A DNA stretch of 64,000 bases from an uncultured delta proteobacterium (GTDB lineage: Bacteria > Myxococcota > Myxococcia > SLRQ01). Position numbers and translations under genes: made by a program. Below are positions 44,901-55,225 of this stretch, one piece after another; within the stretch, counting starts at the first letter, position 1; each line of letters starts with the position of its first letter. Below the pieces are notes generated by a model. It worked only from the letters and a program-made list of their open reading frames with translations, ran no database searches and was not told where the DNA came from. The stretch spans positions 192,001 through 256,000 of the forward strand of contig CAVSGM010000011.1 in NCBI GenBank assembly GCA_963727485.1, in the 5' to 3' direction.

Positions 44901-47475
44901 GCGCTTGAGGTAGAGGCCAAGTCCACCTCGCGGCGACAGCCACACCCAGCGGTCCGGGTGCCCCGGCAGGGGCCTGCGGGACCCGACAACCGCCACACAG
45001 GCCTCCTGGAGCGGCTCGTCCGGGTCGAGGGCCCAGGGCTCTTCGAGGTGCGCGCGAGACTGCGGCTTGATCCGGTCCTGGGCGGCGGCCTCTAGGTAGG
45101 GCGTGTCGATGCAGAGCTCGCGCCGGAGGTGGTCGAGGAGCACCTTTGCGGCGTTGCCGCGGGCCTCCGGGGCGGCGCCAGCGAGCGCTGGATGCTGTTC
45201 GGCCCACGCCGGTTCGTGGGCGCAGAGCTCGGCGAGGCTGGGGTAGTCGATCGTCAGCAGCCCGCTCTGCTCGAGGTTTGGCGAGGTCACCCGCCACCCT
45301 CGCTGCAAGTCCCGGTAGAGGTAGATGCCGAGCACCTCGCGCAGCGCCCGGTACACATCGTCTCGGGCCGAGGGGAAGAGGTCCTTCTCCTTGGCGTAGC
45401 TCTCGAAGGGCAGGTCCAGGGCGACGCGTACGGCCTCGGGGAGCGTCTCCTGGTCGAGCCCAGCCTCGCCGGCGTCCCGAGCCGCCCGGTAGAGCGCCGA
45501 CCGAAGCAGCCCGATCTCGACGAAGTCGTTGAAGTGGCCCGCCTGGAGCGACGCGTCCTGGCGGTTGTCTGTGAAGGATAGGAGCTTCTTGGCGTCGGGC
45601 GGCAGCTCGGGGTCCTGGCGAAGCCGGCGGACCAGCTGAGAGGGCCGTCACGGTCGTGGCCGTGCTCCGACCCTCGGAGCCCAGGGTGGCCAGCTTGCCG
45701 TAGTCGGAGGACTGGGCGCCGCTGTAGGCGACGCCACAGGCCAGGCAGAAGCGGAAGGGCGCCCGGAACCAAGTGCATGAGCAGGCCGTCGGGCCCTTCG
45801 GTGCCGTCGGGACGGACCCGTACCGGATCCGGGAGGTACTTCCGCTGGTTCTTGCGGACCCGCTCGCGGCCCTGGCCGTCGACCTCCAGCCAGCTCTCCG
45901 GAAGGCGGTCTCGTTGGGCCGCCGGATCCTCGGGCCAGGGGTCCTTCGTGCTCAAGCGAAGGAAGCCTGCGTCGGCGTCGTCGTCACTGTCGAAGAGCCG
46001 GTCGGTCACCCCGCGCTTCTCGTAGCGGTGACCGCCTGCCTCGGGGATCCGTCGCACGACGTAGTAGGCCTCGCCGCACTCCCGGCAGAAGGCCAGCGGC
46101 AGCAGGGCGTGGCGCCGCTCAGTGCCGGGAGCCCACTCCTGGGCCTGGAGGGTGATGTGCCGCGTGTCCTCGGGCTCGAGGGTGGAGTACACCGCCTCGC
46201 CTTTGGAGAGGAATTGGTGAAGACGGAAGGGAAACGCCAAGCGCTCCTGGCCATCGTCGTCCTGGTAGCGCGTGAGCAGGGCGGTGGTCAGGGCGGCGCT
46301 GCAGGTCTCCGGCTCGAGGCCGGTCGCCTCCGCCAGGAGCGCCACGGCGTTGCCGTCCCCGCGGGAGAACGGCACCGGGAGTGAGCGCACCAAGCGCCCG
46401 CCGTCCGGGTCGAGACGGAGGCCGAGGGTCGACTCGATCCAGGCGGCGAGTGGGTCGTGGGAGAAGGCCTGGGGATCCTGGAGGCAGCTCACCGCCGGCG
46501 GCGACCCGGGCACGCAGCGCCGCTCGGTCGCCCTCTGCCTTCTCCAAGGACGTGACGCGTCGCAGGGTCTCTCCGATGATGCGCTCGGGCTTCACCTCGG
46601 CTCCGAAGAGCCGGCTGGCAACCTTGGCCACCTGGGCTTGCTGGTTCTCCCAGCTCCCCTCGCCGGCGAGGGTCGCCGAGGTGCCGACGTGAATCACCTC
46701 CGGCGTGTCGGTCGCCTTGCGCACCCGTCGGACGAGCATCGCCACGTCCGCGCCCTGGCGACCGCGGTAGGTATGAAGCTCGTCGAGGACGAGAAACCGC
46801 AGCTTGCCCACGGCACCCTCGGTCAGCTTGAACTCCCGGGGGCGGGTGAGCACCAGCTCGAGCATCACGTAGTTGGTGAGCAGGATGTCCGGCGGGGAGT
46901 CGAGGATCGCCTGTCGCTGCTCCTCGAGCTCCTGGCCGGTGTACCGCGCGAAGGTGACCGGCGGCTTGCCGTGGAACCCGTTGCAGAGGAACTTCTCCAG
47001 CTCGCCCACCTGGCTGTTGGCCAGGGCATTCATCGGGTAGACGACGATCGCCCGGATGCCCTTGCCGCTTCCCTCGCGCAGGACGTGGTCCACGATGGGG
47101 ACTAGGTACGCCAGGCTCTTCCCTGACCCGGTGCCCGTGGTCAGGACGTAGTTGTCACCGGCCCGTGCTGCGCGGATCCCCTCCACCTGGTGCCGGTGGA
47201 GCCGGAGCGGCCCCTTGTCCAAGCCATCCTCGGGCTTCCGGCGGAAGATCTGCTCGCAGGTGGGGTGGAGCAGGCCCTCTTCGACGAGGGCCTCGGTGGT
47301 CGGGCCCGGCTCGAAGGCGGGGTTGAGCTGGATCGAGTGGTTCCGGCCAGAGACGGCCGGCCTTCAGGTTCGCCTCGACCGTCTTCGCGATCTCCTGGTC
47401 CCGGATCGTGAAGAAGCTTCGGACATAGCTTGCGTAGTCGCCGATGACCTCGTTGCGGAGCTTGAAGACGTCCAT
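41973..47475 (-). CDS. Giant DEAH-box helicase with DUF1998/Zn-binding region (YprA/DrmA-DrmB-like), several frameshifts
   Basis: TGTGSGKS, YPMNALANSQ, LDELHTYRGRQG, TSAT, CRECG, SPTMELGVDI, NYAQRSGRAGR, YEAAEGGAG, CEAACYDCL. Confidence 0.9.
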
Positions 47476-47789
47476 GGTTCACCTGGAGCGGCCGAGCTTG
47501 CCCGAGAGGTGTGTCAGATCGGGACAAGATCCAGCTGGACCGCCCACTTCACCGCGATCCGGTGCTGGCGGCAAGTGGAAGTTGCTAGGGGTTGGCTCGC
47601 CCTGAAGAGGCGACGACCACCCCGGCGAAGGAGCCGCTACAGGCCGTCGACCAGCCGCTGCGACGCGGATGTTCACAGCACCCGGTGATCAGCGTAGTCT
47701 AGGGGATATTACGATCGTCCCAGGAGGACGAGGCCGTGCAGAGGTACTTGGCGGCAGGGGCGGATTGCCGGAGCACTCATGGAAACTAG

Positions 47790-49025
47790 ATGGCATCGGG
47801 GATGGGCTCGAGCAGTCAACCGTTGCCGGCGCGGAGCCGGCGTAGGGGTCGCGTCGTGAGGAGAGGCGGCGCCAGCGCAACAACCGAGGATCGACTCGAT
47901 AAGCTGCGTGGCAAGAGCAAGCGACAGTCCACGAACGTGCGGGCGTTGGCGCGGTTCGCGGCAAACAGTTCATGCACTCTTGCGCGGGTCGGATTCGCGG
48001 CGCGCGTAGACTTCGACTACTTGCTTGAAGGCACGCGCCTGCAAGCTCCGTTTGGCCAGTCGCCGTTCGCCTTTCGCCGGGGAAACCAATTCGAGGATCG
48101 CCTCCGTGCGGACGGGCACGCGCCGCTCCTTGCGCTGCTACAGGAAGGTCTGAAGTACGATCCTACCGACGCCAAGGTGGTGAACCTGCGTGATGGGCGG
48201 CCGACGCCGAAGAAGCTCGCGGCACGTGCGGAGAGAACGCGCGACCTCGTAGCCAAGATCGTCAAGGGCGGGCGATCCGCCCCGAATCTCTTGGATGGAG
48301 CGGTGCTAGCCAAGAGCATTGGCGGAGGCGTCTCCCACTTTGAAGCCGATGCCGTAGCGGCCCGGTTCAATGGACCGATCCACGTGGGGGAGGTGAAGTC
48401 CTTCCCGACCGTGGACGGGCAGGCAGACCCGGAGAAGGTTGGGGCGGCAATCTCCCAGGCAGCGATCTACATGCTGTTGCTCCGGGAACTCGTCGATTCG
48501 GTGGGAGGAGATCCTGGCCTCGTTTCGCCTGAGGCCTTGCTCATAACACCAAAGAACACAGGCCTGCAGCCGACTCTGACGGTGAAGCTCGTCGGGCGCG
48601 AGATTGAACGAGCGGCCCGCATCTTCGACAACCTCGAGCCGGTTGACGACATCGTCGACGATCTTCCGGCTCGACTTCCCTCCTTTGAGAAGATCAGTCC
48701 CAAGAGCCACGCCTCGGAAGTTGAGCGCATCGATACGGCGCTGCACCTGGTCGACAAGGTTGGCAACGCCTACACTCCGAACTGCTTGGCCTCGTGCGGT
48801 CTCGGGCGCCTCTGCCGGGAGCGCGCCCATCGCTCTGGCGCACCGGAACGCTTTGGGGGGCAGCTTCAGCGGCTCGTGCCCGGGGTGGCCTCAATTGACA
48901 GGGCCGGCGTTCTGGCCGCAGGGGCTCGGCCCAGGCGGCAAGAAAGGGATGCCGCCGAGCGGCTGGTCCAGACGCAGGCCCTGCTGGAGCTGGCCAATCG
49001 CAACGGGAAGAGGAGAGGGCGATGA
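47790..49025 (+). CDS. Putative RecB/Cas4-like PD-(D/E)XK nuclease with four Cys
   Basis: GNQFE, FEADA, GEVKSF, QAAIY; Cys in NSSC plus C-terminal CLASCGLGRLC. Confidence 0.7.
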   Translation: MASGMGSSSQPLPARSRRRGRVVRRGGASATTEDRLDKLRGKSKRQSTNVRALARFAANSSCTLARVGFAARVDFDYLLEGTRLQAPFGQSPFAFRRGNQFEDRLRADGHAPLLALLQEGLKYDPTDAKVVNLRDGRPTPKKLAARAERTRDLVAKIVKGGRSAPNLLDGAVLAKSIGGGVSHFEADAVAARFNGPIHVGEVKSFPTVDGQADPEKVGAAISQAAIYMLLLRELVDSVGGDPGLVSPEALLITPKNTGLQPTLTVKLVGREIERAARIFDNLEPVDDIVDDLPARLPSFEKISPKSHASEVERIDTALHLVDKVGNAYTPNCLASCGLGRLCRERAHRSGAPERFGGQLQRLVPGVASIDRAGVLAAGARPRRQERDAAERLVQTQALLELANRNGKRRGR

Positions 49026-50448
49026 ACTACCTCGACGCTGTGCTCCTTGCCCAGGCTCGCGAGCGGGGTAGAGGTGTGCGGTCGGCCCGGTTCCGCCATC
49101 GGCATATCACGAAGCGGCCAATGGGGCTGGTCCTCTGGCAACTCGGCGCCGAACCGTTCACGGTGGGGGCGGCTGCCTGGGGCTTCTCGAAATCGGATCG
49201 GAACCTGGTGGTTCCTGGGGAACCCCGAAACCGCGATCTCGCCTTCCGCGCCCTGCTCGAGGTCGCCAAGCCCTTCAACGCCTGGTTCATGAAGGATAGG
49301 GCCGACGCCCCCCAAGTCGTCCTTCTCAACCGCGGGAATCTCTCCCTGCTCTCGAGGATAGCGAGGCGGATCGCCTACCTCCCGACTACCGGTGACCGGC
49401 CAGCACCCCAGGAACTGGTCATGTTCGGCCGGCACCTTCGGTTCCTCGTCGATCAGGCCCGCTACCCAGGCCAGCAACTGGTGCTTATCCTCACGGAGCT
49501 CCTGCGCGACCACTGGGTGACGGAACTCTCGGAGCTCGAGACCCAGAACCTAGCCGCGCTCGACGCTGCCATCGCGCCCCCAAAGGGGCTAACTGGGCAT
49601 GAGGCGGCGGTGGCAGCCGAGACCCTGGACGTCGGTCCGGTCCCGACCGGCGACGAGGACGAGCGCCTGGATCCCCTTGTGCGGCGATTCAACGAGCGTC
49701 GGCGGGGCTCCACGGAGGAGAAGCTCGTGGCGCCTCTCCGAGGCCCAATCGAACGGCACTATCGCGGCCTGGTCTACAAGCGCGGCTGGCCGCTGCTGTG
49801 GCGGGCCCTAGAACGGGAGCGCAAGCTCCCTGAAGCGCCCAGTGTGAAGGACCGGTGGAACGCCGACGTGGATGCTTACCAAGGCTATCTGGAGTGGGTG
49901 AACAAGGCCGGAGGTAGGAGGCGCGTGCGGCAGACAGCGGTCCAAGCGGCGCGTACCTTGCGGCGCTGGGAGGAGGCCGAACGACTCCGCCAGGCTCACG
50001 AGGCCCTTGACGACCCACTTCGGATGATACCGGCCTTCCTGAGGGATGATGCCCTGGTCGGGCGCGTGGTGGAGGTCGACCTCGAGCACCGAGAGCGTCC
50101 GAACATCAAGCTCGTACGCAGGCCTCTGGTGACGTTGCATCTTGCCAGCCCGTGCAGGATGCCCCTGGGCAAGCAGCTCTACTGGACGCAGAACGCCAAG
50201 GGTAAGCCCTATACCCTCGTGAGGGTGGGCAAGGGACCTGCAGGCAAGGGCACGGAATCGCGCTCCGCCACGAGGTGGGCTCGGCGGTCGCGAGACCCAA
50301 GAAAGGCACGCAGGCCACATTCTCCGTCTTTCACCTCCACGCAGATCCACCGCTGAAGCTACCGAAGGCCGTGCCCTGGGTGTACGAGGTCGCGGACGGC
50401 CCGGTGGCGTCAATCGAAGTACCGGGCAAGGGCAGGTCTTGGGAATGA
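49022..50448 (+). CDS. Hypothetical protein (frameshift near 50260-50340), middle gene of trio
   Basis: ATGA overlap with upstream gene; alternative frame ends LPKAVPWVY...WE* in an ATGA overlap with the helicase. Confidence 0.75.
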
Positions 50449-51794
50449 AAGAGCCCTTCAACGAGGAGGCAGTGGCCAGTGCCGAGCGCACAGTCAGGGC
50501 CCTCATCAAGGACCTTCTCTCTGGGACCAAGCCCAAGGCCGTGATTGGTGAAGCTCCGGCGGGCGCGGGAAAGTCCTACGCGATTGGCACGGCGCTCCGC
50601 GCGGCGCGCAAGGAGAAGCTCCGTGTGGCCGTAGCCACCCCGACGAACGAGCAGGCCTTCGCCCTGGTGGACTCGCTCGCACGACGCTTCAAGCGCCAGA
50701 CCATCACGTTCGTGCCGGCCGACCACATTTCCCTCCCCGACCAGATCGCGAGGTTGAGGAATGTTCAGTCCTTGACGCCCGACGAGGCCGATGGCGAAGA
50801 GATCCTCGTCGGCACGCTGAACAAGCTGGGCGACGCGTTTGGGCGGGGTTCTCTTGGACCCCTCGACGTCTTGTTGATGGATGAAGCCCTGCAGGCGAAC
50901 TCGACCCAGTACTACCTGGTCGCGGGCCTCGCCGACCGGCACCTCCTGATGGGAGATCGGGGGCAACTTGCGCCCTTCACCACAGCGCCAGAGGGCGACC
51001 GTTGGAGAGGACTGGCCGAGGATCCACTCCTCACGGCCGCCGAGGTCGTCAGCCGCAACCACCCGGAAGCCACGGAGACAAGGAAGCTGCCAATCACCCG
51101 CCGGTTGGACTCACGAGCCGTCGAGGTGGCAAGAGCCTTCTATCCAGATCACCAGTTCGAAGCGGCCGTGCTGGACGGGGTTAGGAGGCTGCGACTGGGA
51201 CGCGTCGCCCGCGCCAGCAAGCTGGACCACATCCTCGCATCTGCGGCCGGCAATGGGTGGGCCCACGTAGAACTGCCTACCGCTGCCGTGACGGTGGCTG
51301 ACCGGGAGACAATCTCGCTTGTCGTCGACCTGGTTCGGCGCCTGTTCGAGCGCAAGCCGAAGGTTAGCTGTGAGGACAGGGACCAGCCGACTTCTCTGCA
51401 ACAGAACGAGGTAGCGGTCGCCGTCAGCCACAACGACCAGAAGAACCTCCTCCGGGTGGCACTTGACGACGCCGGCTTGGAGAAGGTCGTGGTCAACACG
51501 GCGAACAAGTTGCAAGGCCTCACCTTTGAGGTCGTTGTCGCCTGGCATCCACTCGCGGGGCTGCAGGAGGTCGATGAGTTTCATCTGGATCCAGGTCGCC
51601 TTTGCGTCATGCTTACCCGCCATCGCCAAGCCTGTATCGTCGTTGGGCGAGAGGCCGACCGGGATCTGGTTCAGGGTATCCCGCCAGCGAGCCCGTCGTT
51701 CGTCGGGTGGGATGCCAGCCCCACGCTTGACGGCTGGTACGCTCACGAGGCCGTGTTTTCTGCGCTTGCGCCCCACAGGTTCGCAGCAGGATAG
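50445..51794 (+). CDS. Minimal SF1B (Upf1/Dna2-like) helicase
   Basis: APAGAGKS, ATPTNEQA, DEALQ, GDRGQLAP, ITRRL, TANKLQG, RLCVMLTRHR. Confidence 0.85.
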   Translation: MKEPFNEEAVASAERTVRALIKDLLSGTKPKAVIGEAPAGAGKSYAIGTALRAARKEKLRVAVATPTNEQAFALVDSLARRFKRQTITFVPADHISLPDQIARLRNVQSLTPDEADGEEILVGTLNKLGDAFGRGSLGPLDVLLMDEALQANSTQYYLVAGLADRHLLMGDRGQLAPFTTAPEGDRWRGLAEDPLLTAAEVVSRNHPEATETRKLPITRRLDSRAVEVARAFYPDHQFEAAVLDGVRRLRLGRVARASKLDHILASAAGNGWAHVELPTAAVTVADRETISLVVDLVRRLFERKPKVSCEDRDQPTSLQQNEVAVAVSHNDQKNLLRVALDDAGLEKVVVNTANKLQGLTFEVVVAWHPLAGLQEVDEFHLDPGRLCVMLTRHRQACIVVGREADRDLVQGIPPASPSFVGWDASPTLDGWYAHEAVFSALAPHRFAAG

Positions 51795-52009
51795 GTCGCA
51801 CCGGGGAAGCGCCTCTACTCTGGCGCCTGTTCCCGAAGAGACCGTAGACATTGGCCGAGAGGTTGTGTTCGCAACGCTCGGAAACTGAGCCCGCCTGTGC
51901 AGCAAGCGCGTGGCTGGCTTATCAGTCTCCGAGCTTTGCAGACACCCTTGCCCAGCAGGCGGTCAATGCTCCACAGGGGTACAGGGTCGGTGGTGGGGCG
52001 TTCGCCCCA

Positions 52010-52927
52010 TCAGCCGGATCCAGGCGCGTCACCAGCTGCACGCAGGGACGCGGGCGGTGGCGCGTGGAGCTCCATGCGTCGACCGTCGCGCGGGTGGGTG
52101 AACACCAGCCGCTCCGAATGGAGCAGGTAGCCGGGATCGCCGGGCAGCGCGCGGGTGCCTTCGAGCGGTAGGCCGCCCGCGGCGTAGAGCGGATCCCCTG
52201 CGAGGGGGAAGCCTGCGGCGGCGAGGTGGATGCGGATCTGGTGCGGCCTGCCCGTCACGATGTCGACGGCGAAGAGGGTCTCTGCATCGCGGCGCTCGAG
52301 GACGTGGGCGACGCTGCGGGCCGGCTTGCCGGAAGGCGACGCGGCGTGCACGGTGCCGAGCAGCAGGTGGGGCACGCGGCCGATCGGCGTGTCGATCTCG
52401 AGCGTGTCCGCCTCGCACACGCCCGCGGCGAGCGCGCGGTAGCGCTTGTCGACCTCGTGCGCGCGCCACGCGGCCTGGAGCAGGCTCCCCGCGCCCGGGG
52501 TGCGGGCGAAGAGGACGAGGCCCGAGGTCGCGCGGCCGAGGCGGTGCATCGGCGAGGCGCACGGCGCCTGCGCACGCACGAGCGCGAGAAGGGTGTGCTC
52601 GAGGAAGCCGCCGCCCGGCATCGTGGGGAGCCCGCTCGGCTTGGCGACGGCGAGAAGGTCCTCGTCCTCGTAGAGAACGTCGAACGACGTCGGCACCTCC
52701 GGCTCGTCCCACGGCGGGCGGTGCCACACCAGCGACTGGCCCGCGCGGAGAACCGCGTCTGCGGGCGCGTCGCGACCGTCGAGGGTGACCTCGCCGCGGT
52801 CGATGCGCGCGGCCCACTCCTCGCGCGAGGCGCGCCGGTAGGTGCGCGCCAGGTGATCGAGCAGGGTCGTCCCGGCCCCCTGGCGCCCGATGCGCGACTC
52901 GTAGGCGTAGCCCCGATTCAGGGTCAC
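52010..52927 (-). CDS. RluA-family pseudouridine synthase with S4-like N-terminus
   Basis: KPSGLPT, HRLGRATSG, TGRPHQIRIH, GDPLY; note G in place of the usual catalytic D of HRLD. Confidence 0.88.
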   Translation of the reverse strand: MTLNRGYAYESRIGRQGAGTTLLDHLARTYRRASREEWAARIDRGEVTLDGRDAPADAVLRAGQSLVWHRPPWDEPEVPTSFDVLYEDEDLLAVAKPSGLPTMPGGGFLEHTLLALVRAQAPCASPMHRLGRATSGLVLFARTPGAGSLLQAAWRAHEVDKRYRALAAGVCEADTLEIDTPIGRVPHLLLGTVHAASPSGKPARSVAHVLERRDAETLFAVDIVTGRPHQIRIHLAAAGFPLAGDPLYAAGGLPLEGTRALPGDPGYLLHSERLVFTHPRDGRRMELHAPPPASLRAAGDAPGSG

Positions 52928-53073
52928 GGGATGCGCCTCTTTGCGTCGGTGGCGACGGCGAGCGAGCCCAGTTCTTCGAGCCCGCGCTCCAGCCGCAGCT
53001 CGCGATTCTCGCGGCGCAGGCGCTGTAGCTCCTCGCGCTCGGGGGTGAAGTACCTTCGCTTCCGTCTCGGCAT
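52924..53073 (-). pseudogene. 49-aa remnant of an IS3-family OrfA
   Basis: MPRRKRRYFTPE joined directly to REELQRLRRENRELRLER; HTH core missing. Confidence 0.6.
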
Positions 53074-53109
53074 TTGGACTCCCTCACCGGGGCAGGCCCG
53101 GCCCGCCGC

Positions 53110-53385
53110 CTACCCCTCCGCAGCCGCCCGGATCCTCGCCACCAGCGCCGCCAGCCCGTTCGCCCGCGTCGGCGAGAGCTGCGCCCGCAGCCCCGTGGCA
53201 TCCAGGAACCCGAGCTCCGCGTCCCGCACCTCCGCCAGCGTCCGCCCATCGAGCACCCGGAGCAAGAGTGCCACGATTCCCCGCACGATGCCCGCGTCAC
53301 CATCGGCCTCGAGCCACACCCGGCCCCCGCGGACCTCGGCCCGCACCCAGGCGCTCGCCTGGCACCCGGGCACCGCATGCGCCTC
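53110..53385 (-). pseudogene. SufE/CsdE-like sulfur acceptor, N-terminally truncated
   Basis: VPGCQASAW, DAGIVRG, LSPTRANGL. Confidence 0.7.
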
Positions 53386-53740
53386 ACAGCGCAGCCCCGG
53401 CGGCGCCGGCCCCGGTCTCCACCGGGTTCGCCGGGTCTCGGCTCCACTCGAACCACCCGCCGTCGTACACCGCCACCCGCGGCCACCCCATCAGCCACGC
53501 GTTGAAGAACGCCTCGCTCCCCCGCCACCCGGTGCCGCAATAGGACGGGTTGTGCGGCCTCGATCCCCGCTGAACGCCCGACACGTGTGGTCGAGGTTCC
53601 GGTAGTTCTCCATGTGGTACGCGTCGCTGCCGCAGTTCCCGGACACCGACCCCGGGATCCGCCCCTTGGACGCGATGGAGTGGTACCCGCTCACCTCGCC
53701 GACGTACTCGGGCCAGCTCCGGACGCTCGCGAGGTGCGCC
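53384..53740 (-). pseudogene. C-terminal fragment of YnjE-like rhodanese/sulfurtransferase
   Basis: SVRSWPEY.GEVSGY...GRIPG, YCGTGWRGS, VYDGGWFEWS. Confidence 0.75.
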
Positions 53741-53866
53741 CTCGAAGTCGACGTGTCGCAGGGCCCCAGGGTCACCCTGGCGTGGACCCCCAGGTCGGCG
53801 CTCCGCCAGACCATCGGCGACGGCGACCGGACGATGAACCCCAACACCAGCCTGCCCCGCCCCCGC

Positions 53867-54913
53867 TCACTCGAGCATCTTCACCCACGTCGCCTTGTTG
53901 TCAGCGCACTTGACCGAGGCGCCGTGTAACTCCTGGGCCGTGGTCGCGCCGCAGGTCGCCGCATCGTCGATCTGGTGGCTGGCGACCATCCCGAGGCTCT
54001 GCCAGTCGACCAGGTGATAGGCGCAGATGGTGTCGCCGCCGGAGGGCTGGCCGCTGGCGTCGAACCGGGTCGCCACGTCGAGGCCCCAGAACTGGCTGGG
54101 GTCGCTCGCCCAGGTGCCGGTGCTCCCCGAGGTCCAGGGCGCCGGCTGGCGATGGGCGCCGTCGCAGGTCCCCGAGAGCTGGATGACGCGGGCGACGGGG
54201 AAGAGCTTGCCCATCGCCGCGGCATGGCCGGCGCCCTGGGAGTGCCCCGCGGTGACGACCCGGCTCCAGTCGATCTGGCCCTCGGGCGCGGACGTGGCGC
54301 TGGCGCTCGTCAGGTAGTCCTTCCAGCGGCCCTGGGGATTGCCCGCGGCGAGGGTGCGCAGGGCGAGCACGGCGCGATCGACGATGCCCTCGTCGAGGCG
54401 GATTCCGGACACGCCCGAGGCCGCGCCGGATTGCGCGACGCCCAGGATGATGCTCTCGCGGGTCGGGTAGTAGCAGCCGGCGTTGGTGCGGCACATGCCC
54501 CCGACCGTGGCGGCGCTGTAGTAGCTGATGGCGAGCACGTCGTAGCCGAGCGAAGCGGCGGCGTTGTAGAAGTTCACGCTCGGCGTGGCGATGGGGCCCC
54601 GCGGGTGGCCGCCGCTGCCGTTCATGAACAGGACCAGCCGGTCGCGAGGCGTCACGCCCGAGGCCGCCGTCACCGCGTAGCTGGCCTCGGTCGCGTTCTG
54701 CCCGGTGGCGTCCGCGCCGGTCTCGGCCGGGGTGAGCGCGTAGCAGGCGCTCCCGGCCAGGGGGACCAGCGCGCCCTTGCCGGTGGTGGGGCAGGTGGCG
54801 AGCGTCACCGGAGCCGGGCCGCTCCCCCCATCGCCGGAACCGGGCGCGGGCGCGTGGGAGGAGCCACACGCGGTGACGAGGGCGAGGACGAGGGCAGGCC
54901 GCAGTCGGGACAT
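53867..54913 (-). CDS. Lipoprotein with alpha/beta-hydrolase fold
   Basis: Lipobox VTAC; nucleophile motif GHSQG. Confidence 0.7.
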   Translation of the reverse strand: MSRLRPALVLALVTACGSSHAPAPGSGDGGSGPAPVTLATCPTTGKGALVPLAGSACYALTPAETGADATGQNATEASYAVTAASGVTPRDRLVLFMNGSGGHPRGPIATPSVNFYNAAASLGYDVLAISYYSAATVGGMCRTNAGCYYPTRESIILGVAQSGAASGVSGIRLDEGIVDRAVLALRTLAAGNPQGRWKDYLTSASATSAPEGQIDWSRVVTAGHSQGAGHAAAMGKLFPVARVIQLSGTCDGAHRQPAPWTSGSTGTWASDPSQFWGLDVATRFDASGQPSGGDTICAYHLVDWQSLGMVASHQIDDAATCGATTAQELHGASVKCADNKATWVKMLE

Positions 54914-55003
54914 CTCCCTAATAGACCCAGGGGGACGCGCGCCCGTCAATCACCCACCCGCCCCCCGGATTGCCACCCCGCCGCCGGGCCCGGCCGCCGA
55001 CGC

Positions 55004-55053
55004 CCCAAAAGCGAAGCCGGCCGGCACGCCCAAGGCGTAACCGGCCGGCTTCA
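55004..55053 (-). terminator. Intrinsic terminator after tRNA-Gly
   Basis: GAAGCCGGCCGG...CCGGCCGGCTTC inverted repeat followed by GCTTTT on the minus strand. Confidence 0.65.
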
Positions 55054-55055
55054 AG

Positions 55056-55131
55056 TGGAGCGGGAAACCGGATTCGAACCGGCGACCCTCAGCTTGGGAA
55101 GCTGATGCTCTACCAACTGAGCTATTCCCGC
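55056..55131 (-). tRNA. tRNA-Gly (CCC)
   Basis: GCGGGAATAGCTCAGTTGGTAGAGCATCAGCTTCCCAAGCTGAGGGTCGCCGGTTCGAATCCGGTTTCCCGCTCCA, 76 nt with encoded CCA. Confidence 0.97.
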
Positions 55132-55225
55132 ACAGCGCCTCCCTGGCAGCGCCGGGAAGGGCGCCTAATGTGACCTGGGATTGGCCCTTCGTCAAGGGCT
55201 TCGTGCCCGCCTCGGAGGCCCACCC

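Larger units (their letters stand above)
21690..51800. mobile_element. Defence island (boundaries approximate; no integrase seen)
   Basis: Dense cluster of helicases, MTase, McrBC and nucleases; patches of visibly lower GC; lies downstream of the tRNA-Gly 3' end. Confidence 0.6.

Noticed and set aside
33053..47475. Calling the operon BREX, canonical DISARM or Druantia
   Set aside because: No PglZ/BrxC, no PLD DrmC or separate DrmB, and no recognisable Druantia partner genes
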